Notes under the pieces: model-generated
Seen by the model: only the letters and a program-made list of their open reading frames with translations
What the model was told of the DNA's origin: nothing
Database searches by the model: none
Shown: positions 25,178-38,800 of the stretch, in pieces
Position numbering within the stretch: the stretch's first letter is position 1
Layout of the letters: each line of letters starts with the position of its first letter
Translations under genes and position numbers: made by a program
Assembly: GCF_001194135.2 (NCBI RefSeq)
Contig: NC_068984.1
Location: 29,015,751 to 29,079,750 of the forward strand
DNA from: Octopus bimaculoides
Taxonomy: Eukaryota
Reading direction: 5' to 3'
Length of the DNA: 64,000 nucleotides

Positions 25178-25739
25178 TGAATACAGAATTCAAATTATAC
25201 AACTCCAGCATTGCCCCCACCCCAAAAACATGTTTTAGAAAACAGTTTCATTCTGAAGAGATTTATATAATTTAATGAAAATGAATGGTGGAATGCTGAA
25301 TCAGCAAAATTGAGTTCAATTCACATGAGAATGCAAGCTGCAAGTGACAGATGAATTTTACTTTATTTTTGAAAATAAAATTTGAATAATACTCATAGTA
25401 ATCAATGTAAACTTGAATGCTAAGCAGAAATGAAATGAGCAAAGGTAACCAGGAATAACAGTTAAATTGTTAAGTGAAAAACATATTCATTAAGCAAGAA
25501 GCATGTCAGAAAATTGGACAAAGAACTGGTTAAATATACAGTGAGAGCAGGTAAGTAATATCTATGACTATCAGAATAGGTGTTTGTTAAAATGGATAAT
25601 AATATGTGGTGGTTCAGAAGAATCAGTTGTGTGCTCTATAGTTGTGTACCTTTATGCACTGGGCTCAAAAGTCAGCAATGTAGACATTGCATTTTGTTCT
25701 CTGAAGGTCAATAAAATCTGTATGTCTGTAAAAGGCAAG

Positions 25740-25770
<31 letters not shown>

Positions 25771-26079
25771 CGTGAATATAATTTATGCTCATCCACAAAT
25801 TAGCACGCATGTAGCTACAATTTTAGGAGGACATTCGTCACAACCCTAGCTGTATTTTCGCCAAATTATTTTTCCTGAGGCACCCGCGGATAGCGGTAAA
25901 AATCAATTTTCAAGTATAACTTTTACCAATTTTGAAGTTTCCTAACTTGAGTTAAGTCCCGTCTTGCCATAGTGAAGTGAAAATGTGTGTGTGTGTGAGA
26001 GAGAGAGAGACGTTGTGTGTTGATGTGTGTGTGTGTATGTGAGGGAGAGAGAGTTTGACTACGTCTAACAAAAAAAAAA

Positions 26080-26729
26080 NNNNNNNNNNNNNNNNNNNNN
26101 NNNNNNNNNNNNNNNNNNNNNNNNNNNNNNNNNNNNNNNNNNNNNNNNNNNNNNNNNNNNNNNNNNNNNNNNNNNNNNNNNNNNNNNNNNNNNNNNNNNN
26201 NNNNNNNNNNNNNNNNNNNNNNNNNNNNNNNNNNNNNNNNNNNNNNNNNNNNNNNNNNNNNNNNNNNNNNNNNNNNNNNNNNNNNNNNNNNNNNNNNNNN
26301 NNNNNNNNNNNNNNNNNNNNNNNNNNNNNNNNNNNNNNNNNNNNNNNNNNNNNNNNNNNNNNNNNNNNNNNNNNNNNNNNNNNNNNNNNNNNNNNNNNNN
26401 NNNNNNNNNNNNNNNNNNNNNNNNNNNNNNNNNNNNNNNNNNNNNNNNNNNNNNNNNNNNNNNNNNNNNNNNNNNNNNNNNNNNNNNNNNNNNNNNNNNN
26501 NNNNNNNNNNNNNNNNNNNNNNNNNNNNNNNNNNNNNNNNNNNNNNNNNNNNNNNNNNNNNNNNNNNNNNNNNNNNNNNNNNNNNNNNNNNNNNNNNNNN
26601 NNNNNNNNNNNNNNNNNNNNNNNNNNNNNNNNNNNNNNNNNNNNNNNNNNNNNNNNNNNNNNNNNNNNNNNNNNNNNNNNNNNNNNNNNNNNNNNNNNNN
26701 NNNNNNNNNNNNNNNNNNNNNNNNNNNNN
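26080..26729. other. Assembly gap (650 N)
   Basis: Run of N. Confidence 1.
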
Positions 26730-26789
26730 TTTTTCCATTCATTTCTGTTTATGAAATTCTCTGTACGTAATTTTGCTTTTTCGATGGTC

Positions 26790-28265
26790 AAGGCAAATGA
26801 TGATTGACAAAGCAACAGTGCCCTAATGCTGACATTGGATACAATGACCTGATCTGCAATAATGCGCTGATTGAAATCTAGGATGCTCTGCCCGAAATAG
26901 GTGGGGCAGCATTGAACGCATTTGGTTTGCCATCCTCATTAACACACTCCCACCAAAGTTACTTCTGGAGTTGTCGTAGGACGCTGATGGCCTTGCAGAG
27001 TACCTGAGAGTAAATGAACCGAAACTGCTCCCTGCTCAGAAGCTGGTGTACAAAACTGCTGTCAGTGCTGTTGAAAAACAGGTGGGTGGCATTTTTTTCC
27101 TCGATGCTCCTGGAGGTACCGGAAAATCCTTTGTAACACAATTAATACTTGCTAAGATTCGTCACAAGAAACAAATTGCACTAGCCATTGCTTCCTCGGG
27201 AATCACTGCTACATTATTGCCGGGAGGTAGAACGGCACACTCAGCATTCAAGCTGCCTTTAGATTTGGTGAAGGCTGAGGTTTCTATTTGCAACATTGGC
27301 AAAAATTCAGAGGAAGCTGAAGTTCTTAGACAGTGCCTTCTCATTGTATGGGACACAATGACCAATAAGGGTGCCCCTGAGGCACTGGACTGGTCACTGA
27401 AAGGTATCAGGGATTCTACAGCTTCTATGGGTGGTGCAACTCTATTGCTTCCAGGAGATCTTTGGCAAACCCTTCCTATCATCCCTAAGGGAAGCTGGGC
27501 TGATGAAGTGTATGCATGCCTTAAGTCATCCACGTTGTGGCCCAAGGTTAAGACCTTAAGCCTAAGCACAAACATGCCTCCACACTTGCTTGGTGATAGC
27601 ATGTCTGCAGCATTTGCTGAAGACATTTTAACCCTTGGAGAAGGCAAGGTTCCTAGGAATGATAGCGGTGACATATCCATCTCTGAACTGTGCAACACCG
27701 TGGACAACCCTTCCGATCTTTTAGAAACAGTATTCCCCAATCTGGAAAGTAATATGCAGACATCAATTGGTTCAGTGAAAGAACCAACCTGGCCCCCAAA
27801 ACTGTAGCTGTCAAAGCTATCAATGACCAGCTCATAAGCCGAATTCCAGGTGAGGAGCGCATCTACAAATCGATTGACCAGACCTCTGACCCCCAAGACA
27901 TTGTCAATTACCCTATCGAGTTTCTCAACTCATTGGAGCCAGCAGGGCTTCCACATCACGTTCTTAGGCTAAGGGTTGGATGCCCAATTATGCTAATCAG
28001 AAACTTGCTTCCACCTAAACAGTGCAACGGGACCCGCTTAGTAATCAAGTCCCTGATGCCCCACATTATTACAGGGTGTAGGAGGGGTGAAAATGTTTTC
28101 ATTTCAAGGATGCAGTTTTATCCCTCGGGGTCAGACATGCCGTTTAACTTTCACAGATCGCAGTTCCTAGTGAGACCATGCTTTGCCATGTCCATCAACA
28201 AATCCCAAGGTCAAACACTATTGGTGGCAGGCATCCATTTGGGGTTTTCCATTCAAACAGGATAA
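26790..28265 (+). pseudogene. Helitron RepHel Pif1-like (SF1B) helicase domain, disrupted
   Basis: Motifs FFLDAPGGTGKSF (Walker A), ASSGITATLLPGGRTAHSAFKLP, LIVWD, LLPGDLWQTLPII, ACLKSSTLW, LSTNM, LRVGCPIMLIRNL..CNGTRL and FAMSINKSQGQTL. Has an upstream in-frame stop near 26878, a frameshift near 27790 and no motif VI. Confidence 0.92.
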
Positions 28266-30954
28266 AAAAATTGATAAACCGATTCCTTATAGGATTTCCC
28301 ACTAAAATTGACTACACCCCATTTTCAACCATAACTTTTACCAATTTTGACATATTTTGCTCAAACCTGATGCCAGCATTACTTAGGATTCATGGGATCA
28401 TTGAATGCTTTAAGTTCTCAAAAAAAACAAAAAACAATCAAATTGCCTGCAACCCATTTTCAGCCAAACATTTACCAATTTCAACAGATTTCGCTCAAAT
28501 TTGATGTTAGTGTCACTTATTTTGGTTTGAAATATAGTGCTTGATCACTTAATAATCCTAACTTAATCCCAGGCAATGCCAGGCTATACTGCTAGTAAAT
28601 ACTAATTGAACAATGGAATTTAGTTTATTTGTGGCACCCATCCACCAAATCGGAAGTCTTATATCTATGTAATAAATCAATGTTTGATGTGAATGGATGG
28701 AGAAAGATTGAGAGATGAAAGGAAGAGCAGAATTGAAGACAGTAACCCAAGTAAAACATGTACCTAAAGAGATTATAAACAATATTCACTTAAAAATTAA
28801 ACAAATAAAATATGCCAAGATGGAGAATTATCTACTGTGAACAACACTACTGTACATTGTTTTCATGCCACCTTACTCTTCTGATTCCATAAATTTTACA
28901 AAATACACTAAATTTTCTAGTTAATCTTTCAAACAATTAATGACAAACAATTATTCACTAAAAGTCAGAATATCTTATCTCTACCAGCTTAGCACCTTTC
29001 CATCTAATCTTTCATTATCAACCTATCTTGGCAGAAAAACACGTACCAAAATAAAATACAAACTTACAAGTTGGCAAGAACATTTCCTCTCTCTCTCTCC
29101 CTCTTATATAAATTTACTTTCAATTCTGAAACTCTCTTAGAAAAATACTTTTCATAGTTTATTTGAGGATTTGCTTCATTTCCTTTATGTTTCATCAATG
29201 GCTTTTAATAGCAATTAACATGAATTCTGATTAACAATAATATTAAATTAGGGTAAATACTAGCCAAATGACACAAGATATAGTAACGTTGATCAGCCAC
29301 TCAAAATTCTAAAACATTCTATCCAATGCTTCATAAAAACATTAGATGTTCATCACAAATAATTATATTGGTTGATGTAAAAGACAACGTTATTTTACTT
29401 CATAATTAATATAATTCTATTTGCTTGTATATTTACATTTTTATATGTTGAACTTATGATTAGATACTAATAACTACTTAATTGTTACACTAAAAACAAT
29501 ACAGCACTGATAGATTGTCAGTGGGAATTGATTAGGTAATATAAATGAAATTAATAATGGTACCAGAATATCCACAGTAATATTCGATCTTGTTTCTATT
29601 CCTCTAGAGTAATATCAATTGAGAATTTCTCTTAATTAAAAGGTACCTCAAGAAGAGGAAATTAGAATCAATGTAAAGCAAGTCGGGAAATAGTATATTT
29701 TGAATTAATTATGTGATGTCTATATATATCATCACTTCCATTGTTTTCCTTTGTTGTTTCATGTATTTAGAGAAATCTCCTATATAAAGAAGAAAACAAA
29801 AAAACATTCTCATGCTAAGTGAAAGAATGGAAACAAGTGTTTTGGAAATGAAGTATCACAAATCATTTTATTATGAACCCTGCCTAGCTATGTCTCATTT
29901 CTTGTTATATAAACTGTTTTTGTATATTCCTTAATTTGCAACAACCTAAATCTGAATTTTTTAGTTTATATTGTATATGTGTTTGTGTGGGTGTGTCACA
30001 TTAACATTGTTTATGCCTTTTTCCATAATAGAGGCATGCATTAGACAGGACATTATTGCTCTCCTTCATGGATCAGATAACCACATCTGGCTCAAATATT
30101 TCATTTTGACTTGGTTTCTACAACTGGATGCCCTTCCTAAGATCATACACACATTCTTACATTACTGTTAAAGTTTATTATTTTGTTATTACAAACATCA
30201 CATTGTATATCAACAAAAATGCATTTTTTTAAATGCTGCATATGCATGTTCTTGTGTGCGTGTGTGTATTAGATACTGTATAATCCAATACTCTATTTGT
30301 TTCCATAATAACCATTCTCATTTTGGAGATTACAAACATCAGGAAATATTCATTTCTTGTGGATCATTGTATTATCTAGGTAATATTAAATTTTAAAAAA
30401 GCTAAAACAGAAGAGATGCCAGAAATATATCATACTGGTTTTTTGGGGCATTATATAGGAAGATCCTTTCAGCATAATGTTTTATTATACATGCTAACAT
30501 GCTTCTTGTATATTGTTGTTATGGGGACAGCTGTAACCACTCTGATACAGCCATATCCATGTAAAACAGATAACTCGATGAGAGTAAAAGTAAATACACA
30601 TTAATTCATAAACAACTGTAAATAGTTTAAGTTTTATGCTTGCAGTTAATTCAGATATACTAGATTTTGAACTTTCATTTCCATTCATAAGCAAAGTCAT
30701 TTTCAGATATCCAGGGAATTTTGTATGAATGGTCAACACAATAGTGTAATGGTTAACCATCTAATATATTTGTTTTATAAAGTAATAATATTCCTGGAGA
30801 AAATTTGAGCTTAAAAATGTTTCAATTCCTATCAGCAGTAATGTATTTATTGCATCCTTGGCCAAAATAATACTGTGACATATCTAGCTCTAAATAAGCA
30901 CTACAGATATTATAATTAACTAATATCAGCAACAACATGAGGAGCTGCATTGTG

Positions 30955-31140
30955 TTTGCTTGAAGTTTTAGAAATAGTAACCAAACAGTCTTCAAATAGT
31001 AAAATAACTTTCTTTGAAAAGAAAGGACATATTGGACATTGCAGTTTTAGATGCCTGAAAAAAGAATGAGGGATGGTCATGGACAGGTTAGGCCCAATCA
31101 GTAGGAGTGACCTAGAGCCATAAAACAAACAACAATGTTG
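30955..31140 (+). mobile_element. Old dispersed repeat family D (other copies about 43955-44125 +, 50395-50600 +, 54950-55070 -)
   Basis: Shared pattern tggt..ttga..t..tagaaatag.agc.aaa...tcaaa...gaaggaca...gaaaaaa...gatggtcat, with an (AAC)-like tail in some copies; strongly diverged. Confidence 0.4.
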
Positions 31141-32797
31141 TGAAGATGATTGCAGTATAGTATTCAATGGGAAAAGTTGAAGCTGAAAAACAAACTAACA
31201 AAGAGAAGATTTCTATCAAATCCTCTTAATACTATTGAAAACCAGAAATCTGCACTGGCCTTATAGATCCTTACAATTCAGATAGCATTAGCTTGTCTTA
31301 ATGCTTTAGTTTCTCAAATGGTTAGATAGTTCAGCTTTTCTTCAAGCAGTATTATAAGAGGTATCATGAGGTCAGCATGCAATTTCTTAACAATTTACAT
31401 TGCCTCAATGACTGTGAGGATTACTAAATTAGTGGGGTTTTTACCATGATGATTATTTCTATATGTTCTTTTATCTTCTTTTTATAAATCATAAAACACA
31501 GAATTTACCATTACCATAGGATACTGCAAATTTCAGCTAAAACTGAAATGGGTTCCTTTCACATATTTGCAAGAAAAGGTATTATCTGCTCTTATAAATG
31601 TGAGTTTTCCATTACCACTTACCTGAAAAATACAGAAACAAAAAAAGCAATGTAGATTTTATTTCTAAATATATGAAAATAAACAGATTATCTAATTGTA
31701 AAAACAATATATTGAAAATTAGAGAAATCAAATAGAATTTTTTTTAAAAAATAAACTATTGGACAATTCTCCCTTTACTTCTAATTTTTGTTACCTTTAG
31801 TCCAAACTTAAACCTATACAACACCTACTATTAACACAGAAACAACACTGACTAGTCACTTCTGAGACACAACTCATTCATTCCATATCTTCGTATCATC
31901 TCTCTTGTTCAGGCTAATTTTACATAAATTTTTTTTTCAAAAGCATACAAAATTTATAGTCACTCCTGAACATCCAAACTATTCCAACCACTGTGTACCG
32001 TTCTACAACCAAGATAGCGTTATATGTAGCACCATAAAAGGCATTGAATTTGCTGGCACTCCTGCTTCCAACACAACAGAGCAAAAATTCAACAAAGCTT
32101 TTACATACTCTCCATCTCTGCTCCATCAGCCTCAATATCACATACACAAAGTTGGTTGCTTTACTTGAACAATTCTCCAGTCACTCCTGTTCAATAAAGC
32201 AACCAATTCTTAGAAGGGTTATTTCCTGAGATAGCACTAATCTTACCAAACTCTTAAATCTCTCTCTCTCTCTCTAAAGGTAGTATCTCACCCAAGCTAT
32301 GGAGTAACATGACACTATGTGCAATTCTCAAGGAAGGCTATTACTTTGAACCTACCAGTTCCTTCTCTACTTCCACTAGTTTCAACAACTCAAAGGTGAT
32401 TGAAACAATCCTAAACAGTAACATTCTAGTGTCTCCTACAATTTTCAAGAATCAGTAGTATTATTTCTGCAAAGTGTCTCTTCAGAGATCTACAGAGATC
32501 ACAGATGGTTCTCCTGCTTTTGATAACTTGATGAAAGCAAGACTGTTATCTTGAACTATAAAGCAAACCATATTATGTTGTCTTCTAGTTGGTTCTATTC
32601 ATCATATCTCATGAACTGGATGCTAGTTCATCAGGTGTTTTTGCAGCCTAAATTTTAACAAACTCAGAATTGTGCCATGGTTTAGTTATGTCTTTTATGC
32701 TCTTTTGTTTACACTAAACTCCATAATGTGGGGGACATTATAACCAAGTTACCCAACACATTTACCTCTCTTCTCTCACCCTACCTTAACACACAAC

Positions 32798-33180
32798 GGT
32801 ATGGCTGTGTGGTAAGAATCTTGCTTCCCAACCAAATGATTTCAGGCTCAGTTCCACTTCTTAAGAGCTTGGGCAAGTGTTTTCTACTATAGCCTGAGGC
32901 TGACCAAAACCTTGTGAGTGGATTTGGCAGAGAGAAACTGAATAGAAGTCTGCCATGTGTGTGTGTGTGTGTGTCCTTGTCTCCCACAACTGCTTGTCAA
33001 CTGGTGTTGGTGTGTTTATGTCCCTATAACCTAGTGGTTCTATGAAAGAGGCCGATAGAATAAGTACCAGACTTTAAAACATTAAGCACCTGGGTCAATT
33101 CATTCAATTAAAAATTGAAATTGGTGCCCTGGCATAGCACAATCTAATGGCTGAACCAAATAAAAATAAAAAGATCCTTC
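32798..33180 (+). mobile_element. SINE family B, near full length
   Basis: ggtatggctgtgtggtaagaatcttgcttcccaacc head, ttgggcaagtg...ccttgtgagtggatttggc body, (GT)n middle, gatagaataagtacc...ggtgccctggcat...aaataaaaataaaa tail. Confidence 0.85.
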
Positions 33181-36100
33181 TTTCATCAATTTCTATTCAT
33201 TGTGTTAAACACTTCAATCAATCATTTTTCCTTAGATCAGTACCCACCTTTTTCTTACCTATGTTTTTTGTGTACACATCAATCTATAAAGATTTAAACA
33301 AAACATCATCAATATGAAGTCTACCAGAATGGGAAAGCATACAGAAGTCAGGGATGCCACATACTCTCCATAGACAAAATTTTAAAAATACACTGGAGTG
33401 TGTTTGGTTATGTTGAAAAATAATTTTTAACACAAAAATGAGATTTATAGATCTCACTGTTATACCACATTATCAAAATAAAATAAACTGGACACCTCTT
33501 TTAACAACTCTTGGGTAACTGAACAGGATCAGAACCTGAATTAATTGCATGAAATATTTAGCCATATGCATTTTATAGCAACGTATTTTTCCTGTCAAAT
33601 CCATTTATCACTTTATAATTTTCTGCAAGGTTAATTAAGTCAAGTAAAGAGGTTTATCTAAGGGCACAACACATTACTGGTAATAAACTTTGAGCTTATG
33701 GCCTTCAAGTGAATAATGCAAAATCTCAATCACTTGATCAAACTTTTTTATATCTTTTATCAGAAATTAAAATTTTCTTAAAATGATTTCACTTAAAATG
33801 AAACATATTTTTGATAAAATCCATCTACAGGAGCAAAAATGACACTATATATATAAATGGAAGCTATTAGGAACACGATTATGCATAAGAAGTTAACAGC
33901 TATTCCATAAATGTATATAATATACAGAAAATAAACTGAACATCATAAATGAAAAACAAATGTTTAAGAGATAACATCCTTTTAAACAAAGTGCTGTATT
34001 CATTCCTCACTTACTTGATGATGCTGATGATGATGATAACAACAACACAGATGATGATGATGATGATGAGTAAATAGTGGTGATGGTGATAATGATATAT
34101 TATGGGGTTTGTTATTTTGTATCAGATTTGTTTCAGATCTTTGTAGCTCTTGCCTTACAGGATCCATTTTTGATAGAATCTTGCCATGCCGATAATAATA
34201 TAATGCCCAGAGACATCAATTAAAGAGAGAGATTCTGATGACAAAAATCAGGAATTTCTCTCACTTACAATATTCTCACATTCTTACAGTCACGAACACT
34301 TTTATGCTGATGGAAATGAAAACATAGTTTTACTTCATAGTTTTGATTGCTACATGCTTCCAAGATATATGGATGCTAACTGCATTTAACTTGAATATTA
34401 TTACAGACTGTTATCAAATTAATGTATGTGCACAAACTATGTATGTATGTGTGTGTATGTACAGTCAAATGTAAGTATACATGTATATGAGAGTAGCTAT
34501 CTATGTGCAACTCAAGTTGTTTATATATGTGAGTATGTTTTCAATCCTTAATAGTTTTGCTTTCATGACAATGTTGAAATCTACTCCGCAACTGGCATGC
34601 TTATAAAGACATATTCTTCTTTTATGTAAATATATAACATAAAATACTGAACGAACAAAATCAAGGGCATTAACGGAAACTAAAGATGAAAAAAAAAGCT
34701 GAAAGACTTGAAGAAGAAAGTTGAAGGTATAGAAGTTACAAGAAAGATCATGAAGAATTATAATAGCTATGTGCTTTCATATACTGTACTAATTTAAAGA
34801 AAACCATGACAAACATTCTCTTGCACCCAATAGTTGTAAAGAGAAAATAACAGATTATATTCAGAATATTGATTTATTTTTCAACCCGTTTCTCTATATT
34901 ATATACCTATAATTTCTTGAGAGAAATCAGAATATATTTTGACGACTATAGTAGATATAATTTATGTATTTAATTATCATTTGTCTGCCATGTTATAATG
35001 AGACTAAGATATTTACATGAATTATAGCAGCAATTTATTTTAAAGCTAGATGCTAATAGCCTTCTCTCAACTAACTGATTAATGACGGCCTATATTTTTA
35101 AACCAGGTTGCTTAAGGCAAGCTGCATTAAATATGAAGCTCATGAATACAAATATTGTGCCAGTCACAATATTTTAAGTCGAATGCATTATCACCAATCC
35201 AACTACTCTCTTATGTTCAGATGACACCATAGGAATACATACATTTGTTGAAAATGTATTCATACATTTATACTATATTACATGCTGATAGCCTGAGCAA
35301 GGTAAGTTATACTGATGTTTAATTCATATATATACAAACACTAATCGACATATTAATGAATAAAGAAGGGGAATAGACAAAACAATATATTAGGTTGTTA
35401 ACTCCATATTATTCTGGAGTTTTACTTTTGTGAAAGACATTTTGAGTAATTATTGTTCATTGTCTTTTGTTGTTGCTGTTTTTTTTCTTACAAGAAGAAC
35501 ACAGTAAGAAAGGAGAAAAAAATTGTTAAAAAGTGGTAACATGTGTAACAAATGTAATTTCTTACTGCACAGACTTAACAGAAGCAATACACAGCCAATG
35601 TAATGAAGCACACTACTTATTTTATAGAACTTCATGGAATGAAAAAAAGTTTATTTGAACTCAGAACATAAGTCACGAGGCATTTTGTATAACACTCTAT
35701 TATTTCTACCATATCAGCTGTTTCACAGCACTAAAAATAATTATCAGAAGAATACAGGTATGTGAAAACAAGGTCAATAATAGGATTTTATGAAGGATGG
35801 AATCTGGAATAACAACAGGATTTGAGTAGGACAGAAGTTCGATATAAATATAGCAAATAATACTAAATTTGTATATTAATAACTTCTATATTACATATTG
35901 ATAGAAGCTCAAACAGCAAAAATCAAGGAAAATATAACACTACACTTTGGTTTCACACATTTAAAATGAAATGGACCTTATGAATTTTTAAAATCTCCAT
36001 TGAGAAAAAGAAGTTAAACCCAGTAATTAGGAATATTCAGCATTCAGAAAATTGTAATTTTAGGAGAGGCAAGTTGTATAAATTTAAGTAAGAAGTAAGC

Positions 36101-38221
36101 CTGATGGTTTGTGTCAAAAAATGCTTCTATACAAAGAAAAAAGTAAAATAATGATCAGTTACTAATCAATATCTAAGTAAATGAATACTACATAAATTAA
36201 TGAATTTATATTGTTTATTGATTTTGCTATGACCAAATATTTCATGATATGACAATACAAGATTACTGATTTGTCTGAATTTGAAATTTATATTTTAACA
36301 AGAATAAGAAATGTGAGACAAAATAGCAAATAGGAATTCTTTGAATCAAGGGGTTCTTTAATCACAATAAATGTTAACTAAATTAAAATTTACAGCATTT
36401 TGATTAAGCCCATTATAACATGGAAAACGGTTATATGCTCATAGTACATACTGCTTTAGTGCTTCTGTTACAGATGAAGATTAGTTTTCTATAAGTCTAC
36501 CTGTGGTCCCACTACACTTGTGTGTCCATATCTTAATTTAGGTACAGCACATGAAGTTTATGGCTTTTTCTTTTCAGCTTATACATATACCAGCGTGTGT
36601 TTTCAATAGAATATGGTGACTATCATTTTACAATTCTTTTAGTAAAATAATAATTCCAGAAAAAAGAAATAATAGTTCAAAATAATCTCTAATATAGTTT
36701 TAAAATCATTGCAGAAATACAGTTGTTTTTTTCTATTTTGTGTGTATGTGCATGTGCATCTGCAATAATTCACTTTTGCTTCAAATGCTTTTTTTAATCA
36801 ACAGATAATATTAAATCCTCTCATTAAAACCATTCCAATTCATAATTACTGATAACTAACCAATTTTAATTTAATTTTAATTACAAATAAAACAATTTAA
36901 AATTACAATATTTACTTCTTAAATGAAAAATTGCAGCTACACACAGACATTAATGGTCAAACAGTGTAGTTGTGCAACAGAAATATTTATTGCCTTAACA
37001 GAGAAGGTAGTTTCTTGCAGCTGAAAATCTTGAGAGTGGAAATTGTTTTCTTTCCTTCTGTCTTAATAACAAATATCAAAAATAAACAGAACAAAACTGA
37101 ACTGAGTTCAGAAACTTGGGGATTACCAAGAACCAGACTTCAATGATGATTAACAATATGTGATTCCCATGCTTCTTGATTAAGAATCTGACTATAGAGA
37201 AATCCCCTAACTGAAAATGTACTTTCTTCAGGGTTTAATGTATATAAACAAATGGGGGTGGGGGAAAAAACAATGATTTTTGATATGCATTTAATAGCCT
37301 GTATGCTTGTAGGTATAAGAATTATGAAGACAAATTTATACGTTGCAATCTCATACAATGACAAAAAGAATCTGTTATAGCATTCTTTACATACACATTA
37401 GCCAAGCTGCTTTAGTGTGTCGTATTCTATTTAATCAACAACATCATCATCACCATCAACCACATTATCATCACTATCACTACTATCATTTGCACCACTA
37501 TCTAACCTACATAATGTCTATTCATTTGCTCACAAGTATCAGATAGTCTGTCTTAGCCAAAAAAACAAGCTAAAGATTGGTCCTCTCTTTATTGTGTTGT
37601 CTCTGTTGATTCATGCCTTTCTTTCCCAAGCAACTTTGTAGTAGAGAGCTAGAAGAAGAATAGAAAAGCGACAAAGAGAGATTAGGGTGGAGCAGGGAGG
37701 ACAGGAAAGCCTGAGTAACAAGAGAGTAAGAGGAGGTGACATAAAGTCACATTATATCTGTTGGTCATACTAAATAGAAGCAATATGACCAAGAGGGTGG
37801 TGAAAAAAAAAAGACAACTGAAGTGATAGAATAGTGAAGGAGGGAGTGAAAGACAGCTAGATGATGACTATTGGTAAAGGGATCGAATAAGAATAGTATG
37901 AAAAACATGTCAGAAACGAGAATGAATAACTGCAGAGGCACAAGAGGCATAGTAAAATCACTGGTAGGCTTAGAGGCAAAAATCTTCATATGTAACATTT
38001 GCATAGTAGCAGTTAGCCATAAGAGTACATATGAAAATAATTCCTTTATAAGCTAAAAAGGCTCTCTAGAAGGTCATTGATAGATTGTATTATCTAAATG
38101 ATCCTAATCAACTGTGGAATTAAATACAAGAGAGAAATGATGGAAGAAAACAAATGAAGCATGTCACTAATGAGTGATAGAAAAAGAGCTGTGTGAGAAA
38201 GAGAGAGAGAGTGTTTATTAA

Positions 38222-38435
38222 GGCAGCTAGCTGGCAGAACTGTTAGCACATCAGAAAGAATGCATAGTGGCATTTTGTCTGTCTTCACATTCCAAGTTCA
38301 TAAGCTACTCATGCTGACTTTGCTATTCATCTTTCCGCGATTGATAAAATAAGTACCAGCTCAGCACTGGGGGTCCCTGTAATCAGTTGCCCACCTCCCA
38401 CAAAGCTTCAAGCCTTGTGTCTATAATAGAAATCA
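38222..38435 (+). mobile_element. SINE family C
   Basis: gctagctggcagaactgttagcac head, gataaaataagtaccagctcagcactgggg, gccttgtgtctataatagaa tail; aligns by eye with 58742-58951. Confidence 0.75.
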
Positions 38436-38439
38436 TCAT

Positions 38440-38800
38440 CATCATTATAATCATTTTATGAGTGCTTTTCTATGCTTGCATGAGTTGGATGGGTCTTCTG
38501 TATCACTGTATTTGCCATTTGTTGCAATCCTTTGTGCATCTCCTTCATAAGGTTGAGGCTTCTGAAGCCAGTTTTATCAATGCATCCTATGTATTACTTG
38601 ATCTTCTACTTCTAGAAATTCCATTTAATTTGAGTACTTAGCACTTATTTATACAGCTGTGTTGCATATAGAGGATGCCTATATTTATAAGCAGTCTCCA
38701 TATGCATCTCTCCATGTGCATCAAATGTTTGCTGCAATGCAGTCTTCTTACTTTTACACTACATCTCATTCCTCTTATAACCAGTTATTTTTTCCTCTTC
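38440..38800 (-). mobile_element. Old RTE-clade LINE 3' end
   Basis: Minus strand gives RRLH...HLMHME (compare RRLRWYGHVMRM), and the tail ccaactcatgcaagcatagaaaag...atgatgatg. Confidence 0.55.

Larger units (their letters stand above)
25792..28595 (+). mobile_element. Helitron, internally deleted; 5' end tentative, spans a 650-N gap
   Basis: Helicase pseudogene inside. 3' end cccaggcaatgccagg (decayed hairpin, 28568-28583) then CTAG (28592-95) followed by T. An identical 20-mer ataacttttaccaattttga lies at 25916 and 28331. Candidate A|TC 5' end at 25791/25792. Confidence 0.65.

Noticed and set aside
25500-25556. Strong plus-strand donor CAG|GTAAGT at 25550
   Set aside because: No suitable upstream acceptor with an open frame.
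25923-26815. Long ORFs (225-287 aa) across 26080-26729, and those at 4458-4856
   Set aside because: They consist of X residues from N gaps.
27046-27807. Host PIF1 helicase gene
   Set aside because: Intronless, Walker B damaged, frameshifted, and bounded by a Helitron 3' terminus.
27162-27896. 244-aa minus-strand ORF
   Set aside because: Antisense shadow of the Helitron helicase frame; no independent motifs.
35150-35174. 10-bp-stem hairpin aaatattgtg-ccagt-cacaatattt (similar short ones at 531-551 and about 42720-42745)
   Set aside because: AT-rich short palindromes are expected by chance at this scale.
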